Part shown: positions 42,302 to 55,235 of the stretch, one piece after another | Position numbering within the stretch: the first letter of the stretch is position 1 | How the letters are laid out: every line of letters begins with the position of its first letter | DNA from: Gemmatimonadales bacterium | Lineage (GTDB): Bacteria; Gemmatimonadota; Gemmatimonadetes; Gemmatimonadales; GWC2-71-9 | Direction of reading: 5' to 3' | Length of the DNA: 64,000 nucleotides | Assembly (NCBI GenBank): GCA_044229245.1 | Contig: JBGATI010000013.1 | Coordinates: forward strand, 16,809 to 80,808 | The notes under the pieces: model-generated | Told to the model about the DNA's origin: nothing | Database searches by the model: none | What the model saw: only the letters and a program-made list of their open reading frames with translations | Made by a program: the position numbers and the translations under genes

Positions 42302-43474
42302 TTACTGGTAGAAAACGTTGACGGCGCTGACCACCGCGTCCTGCTGGGCGTCGGTCAGCTCGGGATAGATCGGAATCGAGAGCACGCTGTCCATCGCCGC
42401 CTCGGTCACCGGCAGATGTCCCCGGCGGTACCCGAGGTGCGCGAAGCACGGCTGCAGATGGAGGGCGAGCGGGTAGTAGACCGCGCAGCCGATGCCCTGC
42501 GCCTTCAGGTGCGCCACCAGCGCATCGCGCCGCTCGGCCCGGAGGGTGTACTGGTGGAAGATGTGTTCGTTCAGCGGATCGACTCGCGGTGGACAGATCG
42601 CCGGGTTGCCGGCGAAGGCCTCCGAGTACCGTGCGGCCTTCTCCCGGCGGGCCGCACTCCAGGAGGCCAGATGCGGCAGCTTCGCGAGCAGCACCGCCGC
42701 CTGCACTGTGTCGAGACGGCTGTTGAATCCCACCTCGTCGTGGTGGTACTGCTTGGCCCCGCCGTGCGTGCGGAGCCGGCGCAACCGGTTGGCGAGCGCC
42801 TCGTCCTGCGTGACCATCATCCCGCCGTCGCCCCAGCCGCCAAGATTCTTGCTCGGGAAGAACGAGAAGGCGCCCACCTGTCCGAGCGAACCGGCGACCC
42901 GCCAGGCCCCGTCGATCTTGCGCCGGGCGCCGATCGCCTGCGCGGCATCCTCGATGACGGGAATCCCGTGGCGCTCGGCGATGGCGAGAATCGCTTCCAT
43001 CGCGGCCATCTGGCCGAAGAGATGGACGACGACGATGGCGCGCGTGCGCGGCGTGATCGCCGCTTCGACCGCGGCAGGGGAAAGGTTGAAGGTCGCGGCG
43101 TCGATGTCGACGAACACCGGCGTGCCGCCGGTGTTGTGAATCGTGCCCGCGGTCGCGAAGAAGGTGAACGAGGGCGTGATGACCTCGTCGCCCGGCTTGA
43201 GCCCGAGCGCCCGAAGCGGCAGCAGCAGCGCATCGGTGCCGCTGGCACAGCCGATCCCGTACGTCGCGCCCGAGAGCTCGGCGATCGCCTGCTCCAGCAT
43301 CCCGACCTCTTCACCAAGGATGAAATGCTGACGCTCCACCACCCGCATGAGGGCAGGAACGACTTCATCCTTGATCGCCTGATACTGGGCGACCAGATCG
43401 AGCAGCGGAACGTTCAAATCAGGCCTCGCGGGGGACGACGGATCATGGCCGGACGACGGCCCTGACTCCGGCAA
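42302..43474 (-). CDS. DegT/DnrJ/EryC1/StrS-family sugar aminotransferase (WbpE/ArnB-like)
   Basis: ILGEEV...CASGTDALLL...FFPSKNLGGWGDGG, which holds the PLP lysine region, and NSRLDTVQAAVL. The track start is a TTG at 43474. An in-frame TTG at 43417, preceded by GAGG, is an alternative start. Confidence 0.8.
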   Translation of the reverse strand: MPESGPSSGHDPSSPARPDLNVPLLDLVAQYQAIKDEVVPALMRVVERQHFILGEEVGMLEQAIAELSGATYGIGCASGTDALLLPLRALGLKPGDEVITPSFTFFATAGTIHNTGGTPVFVDIDAATFNLSPAAVEAAITPRTRAIVVVHLFGQMAAMEAILAIAERHGIPVIEDAAQAIGARRKIDGAWRVAGSLGQVGAFSFFPSKNLGGWGDGGMMVTQDEALANRLRRLRTHGGAKQYHHDEVGFNSRLDTVQAAVLLAKLPHLASWSAARREKAARYSEAFAGNPAICPPRVDPLNEHIFHQYTLRAERRDALVAHLKAQGIGCAVYYPLALHLQPCFAHLGYRRGHLPVTEAAMDSVLSIPIYPELTDAQQDAVVSAVNVFYQ

Positions 43475-43501
43475 GTTCAGGGCCAGAAAATCGCCCGAAA
43501 C

Positions 43502-44092
43502 CTAGCGGCGGTCCTGAGGGGGGTCAATCAACCGAAGTGCGCCCTGCTCTTCACGATACGTCGCTCCGCAGCTGCCGCAGCTCGCGGCCCTGTCGCGCAG
43601 ATGCAACCGTTCACCGCACTGGCACATCCACCCCACCCGCCGCGCCGGGACACCGACCATCAGCGCGAAGGCCGGGACGTCGCTGGTGACCACCGCGCCA
43701 GCGCCAATGAAGGCGTACTCGCCCAGGGTGACCCCGCACACGATCGTGGCGTTGGCGCCGATCGACGTCCCCCGCTTCACCAGGGTGGGCCGGTACTCGT
43801 GCTTGCGGGAGACGTGACTGCGGGGATTGTTGACGTTGGTGAAGACGCAGCTCGGTCCGCAGAAGACGTCGTCCTCGAGGGTGACCCCCTCGTAGATCGA
43901 CACGTTGTTCTGCACCTTCACGTTGTTCCCGAGACGGGTGCCCGGCATGACCACGACGTTCTGCCCGAGATTGCACCGCTCGCCGATCACGGCGCCCGGC
44001 ATCACGTGGCAGAAGTGCCAGACCTTGCTCCCCTTGCCGATGACGGCGCCCTCATCGACGTAGGCGGATTCGTGCACGAAGACGTCACTCAT
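43502..44092 (-). CDS. Left-handed beta-helix N-acetyltransferase, WbpD/WlbB-like
   Basis: The ATG at 44092 gives [59 protein letters not shown]...[25 protein letters not shown]...[12 protein letters not shown] closely parallels WbpD as I remember it. A C-terminal CxCG...CGSCG motif follows. Confidence 0.7.
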   Translation of the reverse strand: MSDVFVHESAYVDEGAVIGKGSKVWHFCHVMPGAVIGERCNLGQNVVVMPGTRLGNNVKVQNNVSIYEGVTLEDDVFCGPSCVFTNVNNPRSHVSRKHEYRPTLVKRGTSIGANATIVCGVTLGEYAFIGAGAVVTSDVPAFALMVGVPARRVGWMCQCGERLHLRDRAASCGSCGATYREEQGALRLIDPPQDRR

Positions 44093-45050
44093 GACTTGCC
44101 TCGAAGGTGCCATCCGGCTTCACGATCTTCACTTCGGTCTCCAGCTCGACATGGAATCGCTCGCGCACCGCCGCGCGGGCGCGGGCAATCAGCCGGCGGA
44201 TGTCGCTCGCGCTCGCTCCGCCGGTATTCACGAAATAGTTCGCGTGCATGGGGGAGATCTCCCCCCCACCCTCCCGAGCTCCCTTGAGCCCGGAGGCTTC
44301 GATCAGCTGCCCCGCCGTCTTGGGCCCTTCCCTCTGCTGCCAGCTCGGGCCACCCGGATTCTTGAAGACACTCCCGCAGCAAGGCTGATTGAATGGCGTC
44401 CCCTCCTGCCGCCAGCGGAACAGCTCGGCCACCTCCGCCTGGATCGCGGCGGGGTCGGTCTCGGCCAGTTGCACCGTGGCCTCCAGGACCACCCGTCCTT
44501 CAAGCCCCGCATGGCGGTACTCGAACGGGATAGCCGAGCGGGGGAGCACCGTCTCCCGGCCGTCTGCATCGACGACCAGCACACTCTCGACCACGCCCGC
44601 CCAGTCGCCGCCGTGACAGCCGGCATTCATGTAGACACCGCCACCCACCGTGCCGGGTACCCCAACGAACCGGTGCAGCCCGGCGAACCCCGCTTCCGCC
44701 GTCTTCCGTGCCGCGAGCGGCTGCGGCAGCCCCGCGCCGGCGCGCCACCGTCCCTGGCCCAGCGGGGCCAGCGCGTCCAGGCCCTTGCCGAGTCGCACCA
44801 CCAGGGCATCGAGACCCTCGTCCGGCAGCAGCAGATTCGACCCGAGCCCGAGTGCAAACCAGGGCACCCCCTCCGCACGGGCGAGCCGAAGCGCCGCCCC
44901 GACATCGGCACTGGACCGCGGCAGCAGCATCGTCGCCGGGCCGCCGATCCGGTAGGTGGAGTAGCGTCCGAGCGGCTCGGCCTCGCGCACCTCCCCCTGC
45001 ACCACGGCACGCAGGCGGGCGCCGAAGCCGGGGTCGCGCGCCGTGGTCAT
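44085..45050 (-). CDS. murB: UDP-N-acetylenolpyruvoylglucosamine reductase
   Basis: The preferred ATG at 45050 forms an ATGA overlap with the carB stop. FAD-binding region: [10 protein letters not shown]...GLGSNLL. The C-terminal region reads CGSVFKNP...[13 protein letters not shown]. Confidence 0.9.
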   Translation of the reverse strand: MTTARDPGFGARLRAVVQGEVREAEPLGRYSTYRIGGPATMLLPRSSADVGAALRLARAEGVPWFALGLGSNLLLPDEGLDALVVRLGKGLDALAPLGQGRWRAGAGLPQPLAARKTAEAGFAGLHRFVGVPGTVGGGVYMNAGCHGGDWAGVVESVLVVDADGRETVLPRSAIPFEYRHAGLEGRVVLEATVQLAETDPAAIQAEVAELFRWRQEGTPFNQPCCGSVFKNPGGPSWQQREGPKTAGQLIEASGLKGAREGGGEISPMHANYFVNTGGASASDIRRLIARARAAVRERFHVELETEVKIVKPDGTFEASHE

Positions 45051-48000
45051 CCCTCGCCGCGGGCCCTGCGCGCGATCTGGTGCCACTCCTGCAGCGAGCA
45101 GACCTCGCGATTGCGGCTGCGGAGCGCAATGATCGCATCACACGCCGCCGAGGCCGCCGACATCGTCGTCGTGTATGGCACCCGCTGCGCCAGCGCCGCG
45201 GCCCGGATGGTGTAGTCGTCCTGCTGTGTCAGCTTCCCGAGCGGGGTGTTGATGAGCAGGCCGATCTGCCCCGACACCAGCAGGTCGATCGGATTCGGGC
45301 GGCCCTCATAGACCTTGAGGACCCGCTCGGCGGGAATGCCCCGCACCCGGAGATGCCGTGCCGTTCCCTCGGTCGCGAAGATCGTGAAGCCGAGCTCGTG
45401 CAGTCGCCGGGCGATCGGCACGACGCTCACCTTGTCGTGATCGTTGACGGTGATGAAGACGCCGCCCTCCATCGGGAGCTCGCCGTCGGCCGCGTGCTGC
45501 GCCTTGGCGTACGCCATCCCGAAGGACTCGGCGATGCCCATGACCTCACCCGTGGACCGCATCTCTGGGCCGAGGATCAGGTCGACGCCGTGCAGCTTGT
45601 TGAAGGGGAAGACCGCCTCCTTCACCGCCACGTACGGCTGCCCCACGTTGTCCTGCAGTCCGAGCTCGTCCAGCGTCTTGCCGACCATCACCGCCGCCGC
45701 GAGGCTCGCGAGGGCGACACCGGTGGTCTTCGAGACGAAGGGAACCGTCCTCGAGGCGCGCGGATTGACCTCGAGCACGTACACCACGCCGTCCTTGATA
45801 GCGTACTGCACGTTGATCAGGCCGATCACGCCGAGCCGCTCGGCGAAGGCGCGGGTGTACTTCCGCATCTGCTCGACCTGCGCCTCGGAGATCAGGTACG
45901 GCGGAAGCACGCAGGCCGAGTCGCCCGAGTGGATGCCCGCGTCCTCGATGTGCTGCATGACACCGCCGATCACGCAGCGCTTGCCGTCGGAGATGGCGTC
46001 CACGTCGGCCTCGAACGCGTCCTCGAGGAAGCGATCGATGAGGACCGGGTGGCCCGGCGCCACGCGGATCGCCCGGGTGAAGTAGTCGCGGAGCGAGGCC
46101 TCGTCATAGACGATCTCCATGCCGCGCCCGCCGAGCACGTAGGACGGTCGGACGAGCGCGGGATACCCGACCTGCTCCGCGACCGCAAGCGCCTCATCGA
46201 GCGACATCGCCGTGCCGGCCGGCGGCTGGGTCACCCCCAGGTCGCGCGCCAGCGCCTCGAACCGCTTCCGGTCCTCGGCGGCGTCGATGTTGTCCGGCGA
46301 GGTGCCGAGGATCCGCACGCCTGCGGCCTCGAGACCGCGGGCCAGCTTGAGGGGCGTCTGGCCGCCAAGCTGGACCACGACACCGAGCGGCTGCTCCACG
46401 TGGACGATCTCGAGCACGTCCTCGAGCGTCAGCGGCTCGAAGTACAGGGTGTCGGAGATGTCGTAGTCGGTGGAGACGGTCTCGGGATTCGAGTTCACCA
46501 TGACCGTCTTGTAGCCCATCTCGCGGAAGGCGAGCGTCGCCCGGACGCAGCAGTAGTCGAACTCCACCCCCTGCCCGATCCGGTTCGGACCGCTGCCGAG
46601 GATGATGACGGTCTTGCTGCCCTTGGACTCCGCCTCGTTCTCCTCGTCGTAGCAGGAGTAGAGGTACGGCGTCTTCGAGGGAAACTCTCCGGCGCAGGTG
46701 TCGACCGTCTTGTAGGCGGGCCGGACCCCGAGGTCGAGGCGGATGCCGCGAATCTCCGACTCCTGCATGCCGCGGAGGTCGGCGAGTTGCCGGTCGGAGA
46801 AGCCCATCTGTTTCATCCGGCGGATGAGCGAGACCTCGCCGTAGACCTCGGCCCGTGCCGCCGCGGCCCAGCTCCGCTCCGCCTCGATGAGCTGGAGCAT
46901 CTGGTCCACGAACCACGGGTCGTAGCCGGTCCGCTCCGCGACCTCCTCGACCGTGACGCCGAGCAGCAGCGCGCGCTTGACCTGGAAGATCCGCTCCGGT
47001 GTCGGCGTGCGGATCGCGGCCTTGATCGCTTCCAGCGAGGTGTCGGTGAGCCGGTCGTCGGCGGGCGTCTTGCCGACTTCCCAGCCGTGGCGGTCGATCT
47101 CGAGGGCGCGGAACCCCTTCTGGAACGCCTCCTTGAAGGTGCGGCCGATCGCCATCGCCTCACCGACGGCCTTCATCTGGGTGCCGAGGCGCGGATCGGC
47201 GGTCGGGAACTTCTCGAAGGCGAAGCGGGGGATCTTCACCACCACGTAGTCGAGCACCGGCTCGAAGGAGGCCGGCGTCGTCTTGGTGATGTCGTTCGGC
47301 AGCTCGTCGAGGGTGTAGCCGACCGCGACCTTGGCGCCGATCCGTGCGATCGGGAACCCGGTCGCCTTGGAGGCGAGGGCCGAGGAGCGGGAGACCCGCG
47401 GGTTCATCTCGATCACCAGCTGCTCGCCCGTCGTCGGGCTCACGGCGAACTGGATGTTGCAGCCGCCCGCCGCGACGCCGACCTCGCGAATGATCTTGAT
47501 GGCGCTGTCGCGCATCGCCTGGTATTCGCGGTCGGTGAGCGTCATCGCGGGGGCGACCGTGATGGAGTCGCCGGTGTGGACGCCCATCGCGTCGAGGTTC
47601 TCGATCGAGCAGACGATGACGACGTTGTCGGCCCCGTCGCGCATGACCTCGAGCTCGAACTCCTTCCAGCCCACGATACTCTTCTCCACCAGCACCGAGC
47701 CGACGGGAGAGAGTTCGAGCCCACGGGTGATGATCTCGGTGAACTCGTCGCGGTTGTAGGCGATCCCGCCGCCGGTGCCGCCCAGCGTGAACGAGGGCCG
47801 GATGATCGCGGGATACCCGGTATCCGCGACCGCCTCGAGGCCTTCCTCGAGCGAGCGGATGACCCGGCCGCGCGGGGTCGCGAGGCCGATCCGCACCATC
47901 GCCTTGGCGAACTCCTCGCGATCTTCGGCGATCCGGATCGCGCGCTCATTGGCGCCGATCAGTTCCACCCCGTACTTCGCGAGCGTCCCGTCCTTGGTGA

Positions 48001-48287
48001 GCGCCATCGCGACGTTGAGCGCGGTCTGGCCGCCCATGGTGGGCAGCAGCGCGTCGGGCCGTTCCCGCTCGATCACCTTGGTGACCCATTCCGGGGTGAC
48101 CGGCTCGACATACGTCGCGTCGGCGATCTCCGGATCGGTCATGATCGTGGCAGGATTGGAATTCACCAGGATGACCCGGTAGCCCTCCTCCTTGAGCGCG
48201 CGGACCGCTTGCGTGCCCGAGTAGTCGAATTCGGCACCCTGCCCGATGACGATGGGGCCGGAGCCAAGCAGGAGGATCGAGCGAAGG

Positions 48288-48304
<17 letters not shown>
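45047..48304 (-). CDS. carB: Carbamoyl-phosphate synthase large subunit
   Basis: 1085 aa with duplicated ATP-grasp halves ([33 protein letters not shown]... and ...[21 protein letters not shown]...) and an MGS-like C-terminus. Confidence 0.95.
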
Positions 48305-50252
<1,948 letters not shown>

Positions 50253-50304
50253 TTTGGGCTCTTTTGGCAGTCTTCATCGACCGATCTCTGGAAGGAAGAC
50301 CCGT

Positions 50305-50496
50305 ATGGCCCGGGTATGTACCGTGTGCAAGAAGGGGCCGATGACTGGCAACAACGTCAGCCACGCCAACAATCGCAAGAAGCGCCGCTGGTATCCCAAC
50401 CTCCAGACCGTGCGCGTCCTGGTGGATGGCGCCCCCCGCCGGCAGGCTGTCTGCACCCAGTGCATCAAGTCTAACCGGGTCAAGAAGGCGACCTGA
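50305..50496 (+). CDS. rpmB: 50S ribosomal protein L28
   Basis: [34 protein letters not shown]... The track ORF starts 81 nt upstream, inside the promoter, so I use the ATG at 50305. Confidence 0.9.
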   Translation: MARVCTVCKKGPMTGNNVSHANNRKKRRWYPNLQTVRVLVDGAPRRQAVCTQCIKSNRVKKAT

Positions 50497-50503
50497 TCCC
50501 GTA

Positions 50504-50525
50504 CCGCCGAGGCATGCCTCGGCGG
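50504..50525 (+). terminator. Stem-loop immediately after rpmB
   Basis: CCGCCGAGG pairs with CCTCGGCGG around a CATG centre. There is no U-tract. Confidence 0.4.
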
Positions 50526-50564
50526 CACCGCATGCTTCGTCCTTCTCAGTCATTCGCGGACTAG

Positions 50565-50600
50565 AAAAAAGGGGACCAACCGGTCCCCTTTCGTCGTTTC
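50565..50600. terminator. Bidirectional intrinsic terminator (rplQ on the minus strand, rpmB on the plus strand)
   Basis: GGGGACC (50571-50577) pairs with GGTCCCC (50582-50588). The stem is flanked by A6 on one side and TTTCGTCGTTTC on the other. Read on the minus strand, TTTTTT follows the stem. Confidence 0.75.
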
Positions 50601-50624
50601 TACCGTGCCCGAACGTTGCCACCA

Positions 50625-50981
50625 TCACTCGGCGAGCAACTCGATCCGCGCCATCTCGGCGCCATCGCCAGGGCGATGCCCCAGCTTGAGAATCCGGGTG
50701 TAGCCCCCCGGACGCGCGGCGAAGCGCGGTCCGATTTCCGCGAACAGCCGGGTGAGCGCCTCGCGCTCCCGGATCTTCTGGGCGGCCAGCCGGCGCGCAT
50801 GGAGATCGCCACGGCGGGCGAGCGTGATGAGCTTCTCGGCGTACGGCCGGAGTTCCTTCGCCTTGGCCACGGTGGTCTCGATGCCGCCATGCAGCATGAG
50901 ACTGGTGGCGAGATTGCGCAGCAGCGCCGTCCGGTGCTCGGAAGTGCGCGAAAGCTGCCGTCCCTTAGCCTGGTGCCGCAT
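50625..50981 (-). CDS. rplQ: 50S ribosomal protein L17
   Basis: [28 protein letters not shown]... Confidence 0.95.
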   Translation of the reverse strand: MRHQAKGRQLSRTSEHRTALLRNLATSLMLHGGIETTVAKAKELRPYAEKLITLARRGDLHARRLAAQKIREREALTRLFAEIGPRFAARPGGYTRILKLGHRPGDGAEMARIELLAE

Positions 50982-52036
50982 CAGCCCTCCTCGCCGTCGG
51001 CCAGCATCATGCGGGCGCTCGGCGGGGTACCGGCATTCGCCACGCGGAGGTCGTCATCGGCCTCTTCGAAGGTCATGCCAAAGTTCAGTTCCTGAGCCCG
51101 GAGCAGATCGGCGATTTCCTTCAGCGCCTTCTCTCCGACGTTCTTCACCTTGAGCAGATCGTCCTCGGTGTACTGGACCAGATCGCGCAGGGTGCGGATG
51201 TTCGAGTTCTTGAGCGAATTGAGCGACCGCACCGACAGACCGAAGTCGTCGATCAGGCGGGCGAGCTTGTCGCGGAGCGCTCCGCTGCCGAGTCCGGCGA
51301 CCGGCGCTTCCGGGCGACCCATCGGCACCTTGCCGAACTCGACGAAGTAGCGGAAGTGCTCCTGCGCCAGCGCGGCGGCGTAGGCAATCGCGTCTTCCGG
51401 CGTGATGGTGCCGTTGGTCTCGACGCTCACCGTCAGCCGGTCGTAGTCGGTCCGCTGGCCCACGCGGGTCTCGGCCACGGCGAAGTTGGCGCGACGGACC
51501 GGATTGTAGATCGCGTCGATGCTGATCAGGTCGACCGGCAGCGAGCGATCCCGGGCGTGCAGCTCGGACTCGACGTAGCCGCGGCCCTTGTTCACATACA
51601 GCTCGCCGTTCACTTCACGGTCGTCCTGCACGGTGAACAGCAGGTGGTCCGGGTTGACGACGCGCACCGAGCCGCTGGGCACGATGTCGCGGGCGTAGAC
51701 CGGGCCGGCGCCTTCCTTCTTGATCTTCAGGATCGCTTCGTCGACTTCGTCGGCGAGGACGATGGTGAGCCCCTTGAGGCGCTGAATGATCTGGTGCACA
51801 TCCTCGTGCACGCCCGGGATCGTCTGGTGCTCGTGGACCACGCCGTCGAGCCGGAAGGCCCAGACCGCGCTTCCGCGGAGCGAGGAGAGCAGCAGGCGAC
51901 GCAGGGAGTTGCCCAGCGTGTACCCGAACCCGCGCTCCAGCGGCTGCAGCCGGAACTCAGCGATGTTCGGGTTGTCGTCCCGCTTGGTCATCTCGACCAG
52001 ATGCGGGCGGACCAGTCCAGTCAGATCAATGGTCAT
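50981..52036 (-). CDS. rpoA: DNA-directed RNA polymerase subunit alpha
   Basis: The preferred ATG at 52036 gives [13 protein letters not shown]. Motifs: [15 protein letters not shown], and a C-terminal domain with [20 protein letters not shown]. Confidence 0.95.
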   Translation of the reverse strand: MTIDLTGLVRPHLVEMTKRDDNPNIAEFRLQPLERGFGYTLGNSLRRLLLSSLRGSAVWAFRLDGVVHEHQTIPGVHEDVHQIIQRLKGLTIVLADEVDEAILKIKKEGAGPVYARDIVPSGSVRVVNPDHLLFTVQDDREVNGELYVNKGRGYVESELHARDRSLPVDLISIDAIYNPVRRANFAVAETRVGQRTDYDRLTVSVETNGTITPEDAIAYAAALAQEHFRYFVEFGKVPMGRPEAPVAGLGSGALRDKLARLIDDFGLSVRSLNSLKNSNIRTLRDLVQYTEDDLLKVKNVGEKALKEIADLLRAQELNFGMTFEEADDDLRVANAGTPPSARMMLADGEEG

Positions 52037-52038
52037 GG

Positions 52039-52674
52039 TCACTTCGAGTAGAGCTCGACGATGAGCTGTTCCTGAGCGTTGAGCGGGATCGCGTCGCGCG
52101 TGGGCCGCTCGGTCACCTTGCCGGAACCCTTCTCGCCGTCGACCTGGATCCACGAAACCTGCTGACCGCGGGCGGCGAACTCCTGCGCCGCCTTGACGGC
52201 CGTGATCTCGCGGCTGGCCGTGGCGAGCCGAATCTCCTGACCGGGCTTCACGTGGAAGGACGGCACGTCGACCTTGTGCCCGTTCACATTCACGTGACCG
52301 TGCCGCACCAGCTGGCGCGCCGCCTTCCGGCTGGCCGCGAAGCCCATGCGGAAGATGATGTTGTCCAGCCGGGACTCGAGCGCGATGAGCAGGTTGGTGC
52401 CCTTCACGCCGGACTCACGCGAGATCCGGTCGAAGGTGTTGCGGAACTGGCGCTCGGTCAGGCCGTAGATCCGCTTCACCTTCTGCTTCTCGCGCAGCTG
52501 CTTGGCGTATTCCGACGCCTTGCGCGGACGGCCGCCACCGGACTGCCCGTGCTGGCCCGGCGCGTACGCCCGGCGCTCGACGGCGCACTTCTCGGTGAGG
52601 CAGCGGGTGCCCTTCAGGAAGAGCTTGGTGCCTTCACGACGGCACTGACGGCAGCTGGGACCGGAGTAGCGCAT
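52039..52674 (-). CDS. rpsD: 30S ribosomal protein S4
   Basis: MRYSGPSCRQCRREGTKLFLKG...YGLTERQFRN... Confidence 0.95.
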   Translation of the reverse strand: MRYSGPSCRQCRREGTKLFLKGTRCLTEKCAVERRAYAPGQHGQSGGGRPRKASEYAKQLREKQKVKRIYGLTERQFRNTFDRISRESGVKGTNLLIALESRLDNIIFRMGFAASRKAARQLVRHGHVNVNGHKVDVPSFHVKPGQEIRLATASREITAVKAAQEFAARGQQVSWIQVDGEKGSGKVTERPTRDAIPLNAQEQLIVELYSK

Positions 52675-52677
52675 GGC

Positions 52678-53109
52678 TCAGACCCGCCGCTTCTTGGGAG
52701 GACGGCAGCCGTTGTGCGGAATCGGCGTGACGTCACGGATGGAAGCCACCTTCAGCCCGACGGACGCCAGGGCCTGAATCGCAGACTCGCGGCCGCTGCC
52801 GGGACCCTGCACCCGCACATGAACCCGGCGCAGGCCGAGGTTCATCGCCTCACGGCCGCAGTTCTCGGCGGCGACGGTGGCGGCGAAGGGGGTGGACTTC
52901 TTCGACCCCTTGAAGCCCGCCTTGCCGGCGGAGCCCCAGACCAGGGTGTTCCCCTTCATGTCGGTGATCGTGATGAGCAAGTTGTTGAAGGTGGCCGAAA
53001 TGTGCGCCACCCCTTCGCTCTCCACGATCTTCTTGCCCTTCTTCGCGGCCTTGACCGGCGCGGGCGCGGCCGGAGCGGCCGGCGCTGCAGGCGTCACTGG
53101 AGTCGTCAT
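52678..53109 (-). CDS. rpsK: 30S ribosomal protein S11
   Basis: A short Ala/Pro N-terminal extension is followed by [18 protein letters not shown]...[10 protein letters not shown]...[18 protein letters not shown]. Confidence 0.95.
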   Translation of the reverse strand: MTTPVTPAAPAAPAAPAPVKAAKKGKKIVESEGVAHISATFNNLLITITDMKGNTLVWGSAGKAGFKGSKKSTPFAATVAAENCGREAMNLGLRRVHVRVQGPGSGRESAIQALASVGLKVASIRDVTPIPHNGCRPPKKRRV

Positions 53110-53110
53110 C

Positions 53111-53491
53111 TTACTTCTTCGTCACCTTCTTCTTGCCCGCGATGGCCCGACGTGGGCCCTTCTTCGTGCGGGCGTTGGTATGCGTGCGCTGCCCACGAAC
53201 CGGGAGACCGCGGCGGTGCCGAATGCCGCGATAGCTGCCGATGTCCATGAGCCGCTTGATGTTCATCGCGACTTCGGTGCGGAGGGCGCCCTCGACCTTC
53301 AGGGCACGCTCGATGAACTGGCGGAGCCGCGCGACTTCCGCGTCCGACAGGTCACGCACCCGCGTGTCCGGACTCACCCCGGTCTCAGAGAGAATCCGGT
53401 TCGAGGTAGGACGGCCGATGCCGTAGATGTAGGTGAGGCCGATTTCGACCCGCTTCTCGCGCGGAAGGTCCACGCCTGCGATACGTGCCAT
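53111..53491 (-). CDS. rpsM: 30S ribosomal protein S13
   Basis: [26 protein letters not shown]...[16 protein letters not shown]. Confidence 0.95.
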   Translation of the reverse strand: MARIAGVDLPREKRVEIGLTYIYGIGRPTSNRILSETGVSPDTRVRDLSDAEVARLRQFIERALKVEGALRTEVAMNIKRLMDIGSYRGIRHRRGLPVRGQRTHTNARTKKGPRRAIAGKKKVTKK

Positions 53492-53494
53492 CGC

Positions 53495-53611
53495 TTAACC
53501 CTGCCGCTGCTTGTGCTTGGGATTGCGCTTGCAGATGATCCGCAGCGTCCCCTGACGCCGGACCACCTTGCAGTGCTCGCAAATGGGCTTGATGCTCGAG
53601 CGAACCTTCAC
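53495..53611 (-). CDS. rpmJ: 50S ribosomal protein L36
   Basis: Not in the ORF track (38 aa). My own translation from the GTG at 53611 is (M)[37 protein letters not shown], with the stop at 53495-53497. A GGGAG Shine-Dalgarno sequence lies 6 nt upstream. Confidence 0.9.
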   Translation of the reverse strand: MKVRSSIKPICEHCKVVRRQGTLRIICKRNPKHKQRQG

Positions 53612-53649
53612 GGACAACTCCCAGGAACCGGGTTACTGTAGAGCACGCA

Positions 53650-53678
53650 AGTATATCCGGGGGTTGTGGGTAATGCAA
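53650..53678 (-). promoter_or_regulatory. Near-consensus sigma70-type promoter for the rpmJ-rpsM-rpsK-rpsD-rpoA-rplQ operon
   Basis: Read on the minus strand: TTGCAT (53678-53673), a 17 nt spacer, then TATACT (53655-53650). It lies about 39 nt upstream of the rpmJ start. Confidence 0.6.
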
Positions 53679-53692
53679 GGGAGCGAAGCGGC

Positions 53693-54370
53693 TTAGCGCG
53701 CATCCCCGGCGATCTCCCGAAAAACCGCCCCGGGATCGGCAGCCTGGAGGATCGGGCGTCCCACCACCAGATGGGTCGCCCCGGCAGCCGCGGCCTGGGC
53801 CGGCGAGGCGGTCCGGACCTGGTCCCCGGCGGTGTCGCCGGCCCGGCGGATTCCCGGCACCACGATCCATCCCCCCGGCTGGGACTGGCTCCGGACCGTG
53901 GCCACCTCGAGCGGGGAGCAGACGACGCCGCGAAGCCCCGCCGCCCTGGCGGTCCGGGCCAGCCGGGCCACCTCATCCAGCAGCGTCACTCCTTCCCGGC
54001 CGACCGCGCCGCCATAGCTCCCGGCGCTGTGCGAGGTCAGCACCGTCACCCCGACGATCCCGAGTGTCTCCCCTGCGGCTCTGGCCGCCGCAGCCATCAT
54101 CGCCTCCCCGCCGAGGGTGTGCACCGTGGCCATGGTCACGCCAAGATCCCGGGCGGCTTCGACGGCGCCCGCGACCGTGTTGGGGATGTCGTGCCACTTG
54201 AGATCGAGGAAGACCTGGAGCCCGCGACCTACCAGGTCGCGGATCAGCGCCGGTCCCTCCCGGGCGAAGAGGATCGACCCGATCTTGACCCACCGGGCCT
54301 CCGGGAGCTGGTCCAGCAGCCGCCGCGCCTCGTCCCCGGGCAGATCCAGGGCGATGATCACTTCAGACAC
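53693..54370 (-). CDS. pyrF: Orotidine 5'-phosphate decarboxylase
   Basis: VIIALDLP...VKIGSILF...VFLDLKWHDIPNTV...LVVGRPI. GTG start. Confidence 0.9.
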   Translation of the reverse strand: MSEVIIALDLPGDEARRLLDQLPEARWVKIGSILFAREGPALIRDLVGRGLQVFLDLKWHDIPNTVAGAVEAARDLGVTMATVHTLGGEAMMAAAARAAGETLGIVGVTVLTSHSAGSYGGAVGREGVTLLDEVARLARTARAAGLRGVVCSPLEVATVRSQSQPGGWIVVPGIRRAGDTAGDQVRTASPAQAAAAGATHLVVGRPILQAADPGAVFREIAGDAR

Positions 54371-55235
54371 CGTGCACCTCCAGATCGGCGACGACGCGCT
54401 CGGGAACCCGGGGGTTGGCGAGGGCGGCGGTGCCGATCGCGACGAGTGCGGCGCCCGCGCGCAGGTACTGGCGGGCGTCGGCGCCCGAGCGGATGCCGCC
54501 GACCCCGATCACCGGCATCCCCCCGCTCCGATCCATGATCTTGCGCACCGCGAGCACTCCCACGGGCAGCAGCGCCGGTCCGCTCACCCCACCGTTGCCA
54601 TTCCCGAGCCGCGGAGCTCCCGCGGCATCGGCGAGATAGCCGGGCATGGTATTCACGACGGTGACGCCGTCGGCGCCGGCGTCCCGGGCGACGAGTGCCA
54701 TCCCCGCGATGTCCGGGAGCGCCGGTGAGAGCTTGGCGAGCAGCGGCTTCCGCGTCTGCTCCCGGCAGAGCCGGATGACCGTCGCGACCGTGGCAGGATC
54801 CGAACCGAACTCGAGTCCGCCGGCGTGAGTATTGGGGCAGGAAAGGTTGAGTTCGAAGGCGGTGATGCACCCCTCGCCGTCGAGTCCGGCGACGACCGTC
54901 GCGAAGTCCTGCTCGACGAAGCCCACCACATTCACCAGCACGCGGGCGCGCTGGAGCCGGGTCGCGAGCCAGGGCATCTGCTCCGCCCGCACCCGCGCGA
55001 GCCCCGGATTGGCGAGGCCGATGGAGTTGAGCATCCCCGCCGGAAACTCCGCCACCCGGGGCGCCTTGTTACCGGCGCGGGGCTCAGTCGACACGGCCTT
55101 GGTCACGAGACCGCCCAGTCGCTCGAGATCGATGACCCCGGCGACCTCGCGGCCGAATCCCGCCGTCCCAGCGGCCAGCAGCACCGGGTTCTGGAAGCGC
55201 TGGCCGAACACGGTGCGGGCGAGATCGTGGGTCAC
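54363..55235 (-). CDS. pyrD: Dihydroorotate dehydrogenase, class 1 type
   Basis: The start is inferred at the GTG at 55235 (GTGA overlap with the upstream stop). The sequence reads FQNPVLLAAGT...NSIGLANPG...ELNLSCPNT...GGVSGPAL...IGVGGI. The remainder of the 800-aa track ORF is a frame artefact over the upstream gene. No pyrK lies adjacent. Confidence 0.85.
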   Translation of the reverse strand: MTHDLARTVFGQRFQNPVLLAAGTAGFGREVAGVIDLERLGGLVTKAVSTEPRAGNKAPRVAEFPAGMLNSIGLANPGLARVRAEQMPWLATRLQRARVLVNVVGFVEQDFATVVAGLDGEGCITAFELNLSCPNTHAGGLEFGSDPATVATVIRLCREQTRKPLLAKLSPALPDIAGMALVARDAGADGVTVVNTMPGYLADAAGAPRLGNGNGGVSGPALLPVGVLAVRKIMDRSGGMPVIGVGGIRSGADARQYLRAGAALVAIGTAALANPRVPERVVADLEVHGV

